Of a stretch of DNA of 41,054 bases, positions 7,935 through 17,251 are shown piece by piece; within the stretch, counting starts at the first letter, position 1, and each line of letters opens with the position of its first letter. The notes beneath the pieces are model-generated. The model saw only the letters and a list, made by a program, of their open reading frames with translations. It was not told the origin of the DNA and did no database searches. Made by a program: the position numbers and the translations under genes. The DNA is from Actinomycetes bacterium (GTDB taxonomy: Bacteria > Actinomycetota > Acidimicrobiia > Acidimicrobiales > JAAEMS01), in NCBI GenBank assembly GCA_024225275.1, contig JAAEMS010000220.1, forward strand, positions 1-41,054, read 5' to 3'.

Positions 7935-9950
7935 GTGGAAAGCATCATCTCGGCAGCAGTGGTGGTGATCGTCGTACTGCTCGTCGCCCTCCTGGGTATC
8001 GGGCTGATGGTCACCCGCCTCTTCCGCAAGGTCCGCCAGGGTGAGGCCCTGGTCGTGTCGAAGTGGCGTGAGGTGGTCGTGACCTTCACCGGCATGATCG
8101 TCATCCCGGTGATCCACAAGGCCGAGTGGGTGGACATCTCGGTCAAGAACCTCCAGATCGAGCGTCGGGGCAAGGACGGTCTGATCTGTGCCGACAACGT
8201 CCGGGCCGATATCACGGTCGAGTTCTACGTGAAGGTCGACCGCACCGCCGAGGCGGTCATCAAGGTGGCCCAGCAGGTGGGTGCCGACCGGGCGTCTGAC
8301 CCCGAGACCCTGCGCGAGCTCTTCGCCGCCAAGTTCTCCGAGGCCCTCAAGACCGCCGGCAAGCAGTTCGAGTTCGAGTCGCTCTACACCGACCGCCAGC
8401 AGTTCCGCGACGCCATCATCGAGATCATCGGCCAGGACCTCAACGGGTATGTCCTCGAGGATGTCGCCATCGACTATCTCGAGCAGACCCCCATGGACGC
8501 TCTCGATCCCACCAACATTCTCGACGCCGACGGCATCAGGAAGATCACCGAGCGGACTGCCGATCAGCACATCCGCACCAACGACGCCGAGGAACGTGAG
8601 CGGGAGGAGACCTTCCGCCGCACCACCGATGCCGACAAGGCCGTGTTCGAGATGGAACGCGACCGGGCCGAGGCCGAGGCCCGCCAGCAGCAGGAGATCC
8701 GTACCGTCCAGGCTCGCTCCGCGGCCGAGGCCCGAGTGGTCGAGGAGACCTCCCGCGAAGAGGCCGAGTCGGCCCGCATCTCCACCGAGCAGGGGCTGGG
8801 TGTGGCCGACCAGAACAAGGACCGCGAGATCGCCCTGGCCGACGCCAACCGGGAGCGGGTCATCGCCGTACAGACCGAAGAGATCGAGCGCGACCGATTG
8901 CTCGCCGTCGTGGGGCGCGAAACTGCGGTCGCCGAGGCCGGCAAGGAGAAGGAATCGCGGGCCCGTGAGCTGTCCGAGGTGGAGAGGAGCCGGGTCGAGG
9001 CCGACAAGGCCGTGGCTGAACAGGAAGAAGCCATCGCCACCCTGCGGGTTGTCGAGGACGCCCAACGCACCGCCACCGCTGAGGTGAAGATGGCCGAGGG
9101 TTCCGCCCAGGCTGCCTTCGTCTCCCGGGTGCAGGAAGCCGAGGCCGACAAGGCCGCCGCCGGCAGCGAAGCCGAGCGTCGCACCATCCTCGCCCGGGCC
9201 GAGGCCGAGGCATCGGACCAGGAGATGGCTGCCGCCAAGCGCCGGGCCGAAGGGGCCCAGGCCGAAGCAGCGGCGGGTGGCCTCGCTGAAGTCGAGGTCG
9301 AGACCAGTCGGGCTGAAGCCATTCGGCAGGTGGGTACGGCCGAGGTCGACATCGAGCGCCAGCGGGCCGAGGCCATCCGGGACACCGGCGTGGCCGAGGG
9401 TGACGCCACCAAGGCCCGTCTCGCCGGCGAAGGTGAGGGTCTCGAGGCCAAGGCCACCGGTGTGGGGGCTATGACCGAAGCCGGTCGTGGTCACGAGGAG
9501 TTTCGCCTCGGGCTCGACGCCAACAAGGAGATTGCCTTGGCCGGCATCGACGCCAAGGCCGACGTGGCCCGGTCGGCGGCAGCCGCTCTGGGCGAGTCGT
9601 TGTCCAACGCCGACATGCAGATCGTGTCCGACGAGGGCATCGTCGAACGTATCCTGTCGGCGGCCGGGCATGGTCAGGCCATCGACGGGTTCGCTACCAA
9701 CGGCGACACCGCTCGTCAGCTCCTGTCGCCCTACCTCGAAGGCGACGGCAACTTCGTGGCCGACGTGGCTGCCGGTCTCGGCGGCCTGGGTGCTGCCGGT
9801 CTCCGTGACCTCACGATCGCCGACTTCATCGGCCGTCTCGGCCGCCGGGTCGACGACGGGGGAGCGCTCGACCGTCTGCGGGCAGCCATCGACGACGCGG
9901 GTATCGCCGACCTGCCTGTCGGTGACCTGCTCGACGACGGGGCCAAATAG
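7935..9950 (+). CDS. Flotillin-like SPFH/band-7 protein (YqiK/FloT type)
   Basis: GTG start sits 9 nt after AGGAG. N-terminal TM helix, SPFH core (GEALVVSKWREVVVTFTGMIVIPVIHKAEWVDISVKNLQIERRGKDGLICADNVRADITVEFYVKV), then a roughly 300-aa E/A/R-rich coiled-coil flotillin tail. Confidence 0.9.
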   Translation: MESIISAAVVVIVVLLVALLGIGLMVTRLFRKVRQGEALVVSKWREVVVTFTGMIVIPVIHKAEWVDISVKNLQIERRGKDGLICADNVRADITVEFYVKVDRTAEAVIKVAQQVGADRASDPETLRELFAAKFSEALKTAGKQFEFESLYTDRQQFRDAIIEIIGQDLNGYVLEDVAIDYLEQTPMDALDPTNILDADGIRKITERTADQHIRTNDAEEREREETFRRTTDADKAVFEMERDRAEAEARQQQEIRTVQARSAAEARVVEETSREEAESARISTEQGLGVADQNKDREIALADANRERVIAVQTEEIERDRLLAVVGRETAVAEAGKEKESRARELSEVERSRVEADKAVAEQEEAIATLRVVEDAQRTATAEVKMAEGSAQAAFVSRVQEAEADKAAAGSEAERRTILARAEAEASDQEMAAAKRRAEGAQAEAAAGGLAEVEVETSRAEAIRQVGTAEVDIERQRAEAIRDTGVAEGDATKARLAGEGEGLEAKATGVGAMTEAGRGHEEFRLGLDANKEIALAGIDAKADVARSAAAALGESLSNADMQIVSDEGIVERILSAAGHGQAIDGFATNGDTARQLLSPYLEGDGNFVADVAAGLGGLGAAGLRDLTIADFIGRLGRRVDDGGALDRLRAAIDDAGIADLPVGDLLDDGAK

Positions 9951-9952
9951 CG

Positions 9953-12900
9953 GTGACGGACACGTCCCCGCCGCCTGCGGGGAGCCCGCCGTCAGAGCTT
10001 GGCGCCCAGAGCGACGACACCGCTGGGCCCAGCGAGGCGGACGAGCTGAGGGGGGGTTCCTATGAGCTTCTCCGCCGCCGGCTGGCCAGCCAGGCCCGCC
10101 AGTTGGTCAGTGGCGCCGAGGCCGTCGACAGTCGTCGGATCGCCACCTTCTCGTCCAGCCGGCTGAAGCTGGTCGGGTCCGACCGATTGAGCACCGACGT
10201 CATCGGCCAGGCTCGCGACATCGTGCGCATCGGCGACCTGCTCCTTTTCGGCTACAACGTGGGTCTCGACCTGGCCAGCGTCGAACCCGAGCACGTCTTC
10301 GCCCTGTACCGGGCCGGTGGCGCCGGCGGGCGACCCCATCCCGAGCTCGTGCCCGTGGACCCCTCCGATCCCGCCTACTTCCTGGGCGATCCGGTGTTCC
10401 GGGAGGAATTTGCCAAGCTGTACCGGTTCTACGGCAAGGCCCGATTCATCGACCTGAGGGCGTCGACCACCCAGTTGCTGGCCGCCTTCCAGGTGGGGGA
10501 CCGCATCAGCGATGTCGTAGTCCTGCGCTGGGCGGTGGCCGACGACGGTTCGGTTGCGTTCATCGACAGCCGCGGTGACCGCGACTACACCTGGCCGCCG
10601 GCCCATGACTTCATGTGGACCGTGTGTGGCCGTGAGGACCAACGAGCGGGCGCCCACCCCACAGTGGTGGTCGACAACGAGGTATTCGTCGGGTTCCGCA
10701 ACGGCCGGCTCCAGCTCCGCACCGAAGACGGCAGCCCCGGCGGCCGCGTCGTGGTCGACGAGGAGGTGGAGGCACCCGGCCAGTCGTTGGCCGATGTCGA
10801 GGTGGCCTGGTTCGGCCTGGGCGATGTCTTGTTGCTCCGGGTCTCTCTCTACGGCGAGGCCGAACGCTTCTATGTGTTCGGTCGCCGCAGCGGTTCGGGT
10901 ACACGGGTCGATGCCATCGGTGCCGCTTGTCGGATCCTGCCCGGCGAAGACGGCGTGGTCTTCCCCGGTGGGTATCACCTGGCCTCCACCGGTACCCGGG
11001 TCTTCGAGGTCGATGCCCAGGAGATGGTCTTCGAGGAGGCCGTCGTCTCCCCGAACGGTGAGGACGTCCTGTACGTCTTCCACCGGCCCGAGAATGGCGA
11101 CTATCTGCTGTTGCCCTACAACCTCGTGCGCAAAGAGATCACCCAGGTCATCCCCTGTCATGGCTTCGGGGCGTTCGGCGATGGGTCGATGGTGTTGTTC
11201 CGGGGCGGGCCCGACGACAGTGCTGCCGCCCGCGCTCATCCGGTCCAGTGGTGGGAGACACCGTTCACCGATCCTGACATCGAGCAGGTGGTGGGCGACG
11301 ACCGGTGGATCGTCACCGTCGGCAACCCCACCCTCGTTCGAGGTCTTGCCGATGTGTACGACCTCGGTCGGTTGATTGATCAGGCCGAGAGTTCGGAGCG
11401 CACCTGGGAGGCAATCATCGTCGCCGCCCGACGGGCTCTGGACACCCACCTGTGGTTCGGCGACGACGAGGCCGGCGGTCTTCACGACCAGCTTCGGGGC
11501 CTGCTCGGCACCGCGGGCCAGATTGTCGACGAGTACGCCAGGGTCCGCCGTCTGCGGGGTGAGGCGGTCCGCCGGACCGACGAGGCCCGAATGGGAATCC
11601 GCCGCACCATCGACTCCGCCGGCCAGGCCGGCGAACCGGGTGCCGTGGTCAGCGCCCTGGGTGAACTTCAGAGGGCGCGGGGCGAGACCTCGCTGTTGAG
11701 CGACGTGCCCGAGGTCAGCGACGCCGACGTGAGTGCCCTCATCGACGAGCTCGACGGTGCCCTGGCCCAGCTGGCCGACCGGGCTGTGTCGGTCCTGGAC
11801 TCCGATACGGCCTTCGCCCGCTTCACCGATCAACTCGACCTCCTCGTGACCGAGGGCACGGCCGCCCCCACCACAGCAGAGGTCGACTCGGTGGGGGAGC
11901 GGCTCACCACCCTGCGAACTGACTTGGGTGCCGTGGTCGACGCCGTCACATCGCTCGATGCCGGTGACCCCACCGTGCGGACCCGGATCGTGCGTCGGGT
12001 CGCCGACACGACCGCAGCCGCCAACCGAGCCCAAGCCGTATTGGCCGGTCACCGGCGGGGTCTCTCCGAGAGCGAATCGGCCGAGGCCTTCGACGCCGAG
12101 CTGGCCCTGGTCGAGCAGACCCTGGCCGGCGTGGTCGTCTCGCTGGAAACCCCCGAGGACTGCGACGCCGAGCTGGCCCGCCTCCTCGTGAACGTGGAAC
12201 GCATCGAGGCCAGGTACGCCGACGATCCTGAGCGGGTGGCCAGCGTGGCTGAGCAGCGTGAACGGGTCGCCGAGATCATCGGCAACCGACGCACTGAGCT
12301 CGCCGACGCCCGCGCCCGGCGAGCTGCCCGCATCACCGAAGCCGCCAACCGGCTACTGGCCACCATCGGACGACGGGCGGCCGAGGTCGACGACGATGCC
12401 GCGGTGGCTGGGTTCTTCGCCGCCGACCAGATGGTCTCGCGGGTCCGGTCGTTGGCTGATGACCTCGATGAGCTCGGCGAGCGGGGGTTGGCCCAGGAGA
12501 TCCGCACGGAGCTGGCCGCAACCGCCGAGGAGGCTGCCCGCCAGGTTCGGGACCGCAAGGCGCTGACCGCCGATGACGGGTCGATCGACTTCGGGGGATT
12601 CCGGTTCGCGCCGAACCATCAGCCCTTCGACGTGGTGCTCAGCCCGGCCGGTGACGGCCGTATCGGGGCCGCGGTGACCGGTACCGAGTACCGGGCCGAT
12701 GTGACCGAGCGGCTCGGCGAGTTCGCCGATCTGCTCGACCAGAGCGTTCCCTCGGAGACACCCACGATCTACCGGGGTGAGTATCTGGCCTGGGTCGTGT
12801 TGGCCGAGGCCGAGAAGGCCGATGGAGTGGCCGAGCTGATCTCGCGGGCTGCGGCCCCCGATCGGATGGTCGACCATTGCCGGGCCGCGGCCGAGCGTCG

Positions 12901-14872
12901 CCACCTCGACGGCTACCAGCGGGGTGTCCACGACGACGACGCCGCCCGGATCCTGAGCTCGGTGCTGCCTCACAGCGCGGCGGAGCCCCGCCTGCGTCAT
13001 CCGGGTTGGGTACGGGCTCAGGCCCGGATGTGGCTGGCCGAGCTGGGCCCCGACCACGTCGATCAGCTCGCCGCCCGAATCGGTGGAGCCTGCACTGCGA
13101 GGCAGCGGCTCGGGGCCAGCGGCCCTCTCGATGACGTCGTCGCCGCCCTAGAGGCCGATGCCCCCCGTTCGGCCCCCTGGTACCCGGGCGACGGCCACTG
13201 GTCAGCGGTGCTCGGCTATCTCGTCGATCAGTTCGAAGATGGTCCGGTCCCCCTCGTTGCCGCCAGCACTGCTCGCACACTGGTGACCCGGCTCAACGAA
13301 CGTTTGGGCCGGGAGGGAGTGGCCGATCTCGAGGCGTCCATGACCGGTTCCCCCGATCCGCTGGCTGCCGCCCGAGCCTGGGTGGCTGCCTACGTCGAGG
13401 GCGACGGGTCTCCGGAGTCGTTGGCACTGGACATCGACGAGGCCGCCGGTCTGCTGGCGGCGCCCCACGTCGAGACCGTCGACGCCACCCACCCCGGTGG
13501 GATCGCCATCACCGGTCTCGCCGGTGATCACCCCCGGATCGAAGGAGGCCAGCTCCTGGTCCGTCTCGACGAGCTGGCCGAACGAGTCGGCCGCCATCAC
13601 CGCACCATGGAGGACCGTTGGCCCCGCTACGCCGAGGCTCGCCGCCGGGTGATCGCCGAGGTCAGGGCCCAGGTCGATGTCGACGAACACCGGCCCCGGG
13701 TGATGGCGGGTTTCGTTCGCAATCGGCTGATCGACGAGGCCCTCCTGCCCCTGGTCGGGGCCAACCTCGGGCGCCAGCTCGGAACCGTCGACCAGACCGA
13801 GCTGGCCCGGTCGGGCCTGATGGTCATGATCAGCCCTCCCGGCTACGGCAAGACCACCCTCATGTCGTGGGTGGCGGACCGCCTCGGCCTGCTCATGGTC
13901 AAGGTGAACGGCCCGGCTCTGGGACAGGACACCACGAGCCTGGACCCCGCGGCCGCTCCCAACGCCGCGGCTCGGGCCGAAGTCGAGAAGATCAATCTGG
14001 CCTTCCGGTTCGGGCGGAACGTGATGCTCTTCCTCGATGATGTGCAGTACACCGCGCCGGAGCTGCTCTCCCGCTTCATCCCGCTCGCCGACGCCACCCG
14101 CCGCATCGAGGGTGTGATCGATGGCGAGCCCACGACCTTCGACCTCCGGGGCAAGCGGTTCTGCGTGGTCATGGCCGGCAACCCCTACACGACCGGTGGC
14201 CGCTTCGAGCTGCCTGACATGCTCGTGAACCGATCCGACGTCCACAACCTTGGTGACGTCGCCGATTCCCATCGGGTCGCCTTCGAGCTGTCCTATCTCG
14301 AGAACAGTCTGACGGCGTGCCCGACCTTGGCCCCCCATGCGGCCAAGCTGGCCGACGACATCGAGCTGGTGCTGGCGATGGCCGACGGTCGTCGGGCGGT
14401 CGCCAGCGACGGTCTGAACCATCGGTGGGACTCATCAGAGCTTGGCGACGCGGTGCGGACCATCCGCCACCTGCGTCGAGCCCAGGAGGTTCTGCTCCTG
14501 GTGAACGAGTCCTATGTGCGCTCGGCGGCGATGCGCGACGAGGACCGGGTCGTTCCTCCCTTCCTACTTCAGGGGTCGTACCGGAACATGGCCCGGCTGG
14601 CCTCGCGGATCGTGCCGGTGATGACCGACGACGAGCTCGATGTTGCCGTCGACGAGCACTATCGGGCCGAAGCCCAGACCCTCACCGAGAAGGCCGAGGA
14701 GAACCTGTTGGCCCTCGCCGCCAAACGAGATCGGCTGGCAGACGCCGACCAGGTGAGGTGGGACGCCATCACCGAGCGGTGGGCCGGCATGGCCGCCGCG
14801 GCTGATCCGGCGGGCCGGATCGCTGAAGCGATCGATCGCCTGGCCGGCCGGATGGAGTCTGATACCCGGTAG
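9953..14872 (+). CDS. Giant (1639 aa) cytoplasmic protein with one C-terminal MoxR/AAA_5-type AAA+ ATPase module; N-terminal roughly 1290 aa of unknown function
   Basis: GTG start 2 nt after the flotillin stop. Single P-loop ISPPGYGKTT (about aa 1296), Walker B MLFLDDVQY, then IEGVIDGEPTTFDL and FCVVMAGNPYTTGGRFELPDMLVNRSD. These align well to the MoxR pattern [53 protein letters not shown]. No TM segments and no second P-loop. The N-terminal region is beta-rich, followed by a long A/E/R/D-rich helical region. Confidence 0.8.
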   Translation: MTDTSPPPAGSPPSELGAQSDDTAGPSEADELRGGSYELLRRRLASQARQLVSGAEAVDSRRIATFSSSRLKLVGSDRLSTDVIGQARDIVRIGDLLLFGYNVGLDLASVEPEHVFALYRAGGAGGRPHPELVPVDPSDPAYFLGDPVFREEFAKLYRFYGKARFIDLRASTTQLLAAFQVGDRISDVVVLRWAVADDGSVAFIDSRGDRDYTWPPAHDFMWTVCGREDQRAGAHPTVVVDNEVFVGFRNGRLQLRTEDGSPGGRVVVDEEVEAPGQSLADVEVAWFGLGDVLLLRVSLYGEAERFYVFGRRSGSGTRVDAIGAACRILPGEDGVVFPGGYHLASTGTRVFEVDAQEMVFEEAVVSPNGEDVLYVFHRPENGDYLLLPYNLVRKEITQVIPCHGFGAFGDGSMVLFRGGPDDSAAARAHPVQWWETPFTDPDIEQVVGDDRWIVTVGNPTLVRGLADVYDLGRLIDQAESSERTWEAIIVAARRALDTHLWFGDDEAGGLHDQLRGLLGTAGQIVDEYARVRRLRGEAVRRTDEARMGIRRTIDSAGQAGEPGAVVSALGELQRARGETSLLSDVPEVSDADVSALIDELDGALAQLADRAVSVLDSDTAFARFTDQLDLLVTEGTAAPTTAEVDSVGERLTTLRTDLGAVVDAVTSLDAGDPTVRTRIVRRVADTTAAANRAQAVLAGHRRGLSESESAEAFDAELALVEQTLAGVVVSLETPEDCDAELARLLVNVERIEARYADDPERVASVAEQRERVAEIIGNRRTELADARARRAARITEAANRLLATIGRRAAEVDDDAAVAGFFAADQMVSRVRSLADDLDELGERGLAQEIRTELAATAEEAARQVRDRKALTADDGSIDFGGFRFAPNHQPFDVVLSPAGDGRIGAAVTGTEYRADVTERLGEFADLLDQSVPSETPTIYRGEYLAWVVLAEAEKADGVAELISRAAAPDRMVDHCRAAAERRHLDGYQRGVHDDDAARILSSVLPHSAAEPRLRHPGWVRAQARMWLAELGPDHVDQLAARIGGACTARQRLGASGPLDDVVAALEADAPRSAPWYPGDGHWSAVLGYLVDQFEDGPVPLVAASTARTLVTRLNERLGREGVADLEASMTGSPDPLAAARAWVAAYVEGDGSPESLALDIDEAAGLLAAPHVETVDATHPGGIAITGLAGDHPRIEGGQLLVRLDELAERVGRHHRTMEDRWPRYAEARRRVIAEVRAQVDVDEHRPRVMAGFVRNRLIDEALLPLVGANLGRQLGTVDQTELARSGLMVMISPPGYGKTTLMSWVADRLGLLMVKVNGPALGQDTTSLDPAAAPNAAARAEVEKINLAFRFGRNVMLFLDDVQYTAPELLSRFIPLADATRRIEGVIDGEPTTFDLRGKRFCVVMAGNPYTTGGRFELPDMLVNRSDVHNLGDVADSHRVAFELSYLENSLTACPTLAPHAAKLADDIELVLAMADGRRAVASDGLNHRWDSSELGDAVRTIRHLRRAQEVLLLVNESYVRSAAMRDEDRVVPPFLLQGSYRNMARLASRIVPVMTDDELDVAVDEHYRAEAQTLTEKAEENLLALAAKRDRLADADQVRWDAITERWAGMAAAADPAGRIAEAIDRLAGRMESDTR

Positions 14873-14896
14873 CTCGCCGTCGGCCATGATGGTCCC

Positions 14897-15835
14897 ATGA
14901 GTACTCTCATCACCGGGGGAACCGGGTTCATCGGGGCCGAGATCGTACGGATGCTGCTGGACCGGGGTGAGGGGCCGATCCATGTGGCCCACCGGTCGGG
15001 CAATTTCGGTCGGCTGACCGGAGTCGAGGACCAGGTCGAGCTCCACCAACTCGATCTGGCCGACCTCGGCGCCGTTGATCGGGTGATCGCGGAGGTGGCT
15101 CCCCGACGGCTGATCCACTTCGGTGCCATCCTCACCGGGCCGGGCGAACAGGACCCCCAGACCCTCCTCCAAGCCAACGCAGTCGGATTCATCCGCACCA
15201 TCGAGGCGGCACGCCTGGCTGGCACCGAGCAGATGATCTTCGCCAGCAGCATCGGTACCTACGGCCGTGACCTCGGCGACGGACCGGTCACCGACCTCTC
15301 GCTCCAACGCCCCAACAGCGTCTACGGAGTAACGAAGGTGTTCGGCGAGAACCTGGGCGCCTACTACCGAACCAAGTACGGCCTCGACTTTCGGGGGCTC
15401 CGGTATCCGTCGATCGTGGGACCGGGGGTCACGACCTGGAGCCTGGCCCAGTACACGAGCTGGATGATCGAGAAGGCCGCCATGGGTGAGCCGTTCGCGG
15501 TGTGGACCGCACCCGAGGCCGTCATCCCCATCCTCTACTACAAGGATGCAGCGCGGGCCGCCCTCGATCTCGGGGCCGCGCCGGCGGAGAGCATCCGGGC
15601 CATCAACTACCTGGTGAACGGTCCGGTACCCACCCCCAACGCCGGCGAGATGGCCGAGGCGGTGCGGGCGAAGGTGGCGGGGGCCGAGATCACCTTCGAG
15701 CCCGACGAGGCCGCGGCAGCAGCTCTGGCCCGGGAGCTGCACATCGACGATGCCGTTGCCCGCCGTGAATGGGGCTGGGAGCCGGCCTTCGATCTCGACG
15801 CCATGATCGACGACGTCATCGCCGAAGTCGGCTGA
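14897..15835 (+). CDS. NAD-dependent epimerase/dehydratase (extended SDR)
   Basis: N-terminal LITGGTGFIGAEIV Rossmann motif; YxxxK region around SVYGVTKVFGE. Confidence 0.85.
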   Translation: MSTLITGGTGFIGAEIVRMLLDRGEGPIHVAHRSGNFGRLTGVEDQVELHQLDLADLGAVDRVIAEVAPRRLIHFGAILTGPGEQDPQTLLQANAVGFIRTIEAARLAGTEQMIFASSIGTYGRDLGDGPVTDLSLQRPNSVYGVTKVFGENLGAYYRTKYGLDFRGLRYPSIVGPGVTTWSLAQYTSWMIEKAAMGEPFAVWTAPEAVIPILYYKDAARAALDLGAAPAESIRAINYLVNGPVPTPNAGEMAEAVRAKVAGAEITFEPDEAAAAALARELHIDDAVARREWGWEPAFDLDAMIDDVIAEVG

Positions 15836-15875
15836 GCGGTACTGTCGGGGTGGATCGCGCCGCAGAGGGGACAAG

Positions 15876-17090
15876 ATGACCGACATCGAGACCGTCCGTA
15901 CCGAGGTGAGGGACTGGCTGGCTGAGAACTGGAGCGAGGCTCTCGACCGGAGGAGCTGGCTCGACACGGTCATCGACTCGGGCTGGGCGGCACCGAGCTG
16001 GCCCGAGCAATGGCACGGCAAGGGACTCGACCCGGCCATGACCAGCGTCGTGATCGACGAGTTCCGGCGGGTCGGTGCCACCGACACGGGGATGGACAAG
16101 ACCCACCTGTGGGCCAACACCGTGCTGGCGTTCGGTAGTGACGACCTGAAGTCGAGGTTCGTCCGCCGACTCATGCTCGGTGACGTCGACATGTGTCTGC
16201 TGTACAGCGAGCCCGGGGCCGGTTCCGATCTGGCGGGCATCCAGACCCGGGCCGTGCGCGACGGCGACGAATGGATCGTCAACGGCCAGAAGGTGTGGAC
16301 CTCGGGTGGTCGGGCGGCCGAGTTCGCCCTGCTCATCACCCGTACCGACTGGGACGTGCCCAAGCACCGGGGCATCACCTTCTTCTGGTTCCCGATGAGA
16401 CAGGACGGGGTCGAGGTCAGGCCCCTGCGCCAGGCCACGGGCGACGCCCGGTTCAACGAGGTGTTCATGACCGATGCCCGGGTCCCCCACGAGAACATGC
16501 TCGGCGACGAGAACAACGGCTGGATGGTGCTCCAGACCGCGCTGGCCTACGAGAGAGCGGTCATGGGCGAGAACCAGCGTCGCCGGCGCGGCCAATCCGA
16601 TGACCAGGCGGTTCGATCGGCCGAAGACGAGAGGTCGGCGCCCGTACCCGACCTCTCCCTGGTCGAGCTGGCCCGCACTGTCGACAAGAACGGTGATCCT
16701 TCCATCCGGCAGGGGCTGGCCCACCTCCACTCGATGGTCCAGGTGAACGAGTGGAACAACCTGCGGGCCAAGGCCGAGCTGGCTCAGGGCACGTCGTCGT
16801 CGGTCGTCTCGCTGGGCAAGCTGGCCATGAGCGGCATCCTGCACACGGCTGGCAGCCTCCAGGAGTCGATCCTGGGGGCCGAGGGGATGATCGGCGGCAC
16901 TGATTCGCCCCGGGCGGCAGACGCCGCCTACTCCCTCCTCAACGCCTTCTTCACCTCGATCGGGGGCGGCACCGACCAGATCCAGCGCAACATCATCGGT
17001 GAGCGCATCCTGGGCTTGCCCAAGGAGCCCGAGCTCGACAAGACGATGGCCTTCCGTGATGTCCCCAAGCCCGACATGGAGCGCCCCTGA
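15876..17090 (+). CDS. Acyl-CoA dehydrogenase (ACAD/FadE family)
   Basis: ACAD N-terminal and middle-domain blocks (LYSEPGAGSDLAGIQTRAVRDGDEWIVNGQKVWTSGG) and a C-terminal helical domain, within a 404-aa protein. Confidence 0.9.
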   Translation: MTDIETVRTEVRDWLAENWSEALDRRSWLDTVIDSGWAAPSWPEQWHGKGLDPAMTSVVIDEFRRVGATDTGMDKTHLWANTVLAFGSDDLKSRFVRRLMLGDVDMCLLYSEPGAGSDLAGIQTRAVRDGDEWIVNGQKVWTSGGRAAEFALLITRTDWDVPKHRGITFFWFPMRQDGVEVRPLRQATGDARFNEVFMTDARVPHENMLGDENNGWMVLQTALAYERAVMGENQRRRRGQSDDQAVRSAEDERSAPVPDLSLVELARTVDKNGDPSIRQGLAHLHSMVQVNEWNNLRAKAELAQGTSSSVVSLGKLAMSGILHTAGSLQESILGAEGMIGGTDSPRAADAAYSLLNAFFTSIGGGTDQIQRNIIGERILGLPKEPELDKTMAFRDVPKPDMERP

Positions 17091-17107
17091 CGGGGGCCGG
17101 GCCCGAT

Positions 17108-17218
17108 CTGGCAGGGCAGACCATCCGGGCCGAGCGCGACAGGGGTGAGTGGGTCTTCAATGGTCAGAAGGTCTGGAGTTCGGGTGCCCCCAACGCGGCC
17201 TCCGGGAGACTTCGGTGA
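17108..17218 (+). pseudogene. Fragment (36 codons) of a second acyl-CoA dehydrogenase gene: remnant or truncated paralog
   Basis: The translation LAGQTIRAERDRGEWVFNGQKVWSSGAPNAASGRLR* parallels residues of the upstream ACAD (LAGIQTRAVRDGDEWIVNGQKVWTSGGRAAEF). It has no start codon and no N- or C-terminal domains. Confidence 0.5.
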
Positions 17219-17251
17219 GGCCCGCACCAACCAGTAGCCGCGGGCGGGCAC

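Noticed and set aside
7734-9671. 645-aa minus-strand ORF (and the 8281-9087 plus-strand and 8564-9457 minus-strand alternate-frame ORFs) across the flotillin gene
   Set aside because: G/L/P- and S/R/A-rich nonsense translations. The plus-strand frame encodes an unmistakable SPFH/flotillin protein.
9992-12052. 686-aa minus-strand ORF plus several 100-270-aa ORFs (10554-11375, 12353-13057, 12639-13280, 13202-14422) inside the giant gene
   Set aside because: All are shadow or antisense frames of the 1639-aa CDS, with extreme G/R/P/A bias and no motifs.
14564-16516. 650-aa minus-strand ORF overlapping the epimerase and ACAD genes
   Set aside because: Antisense artefact; the plus-strand genes carry Rossmann and ACAD motifs.
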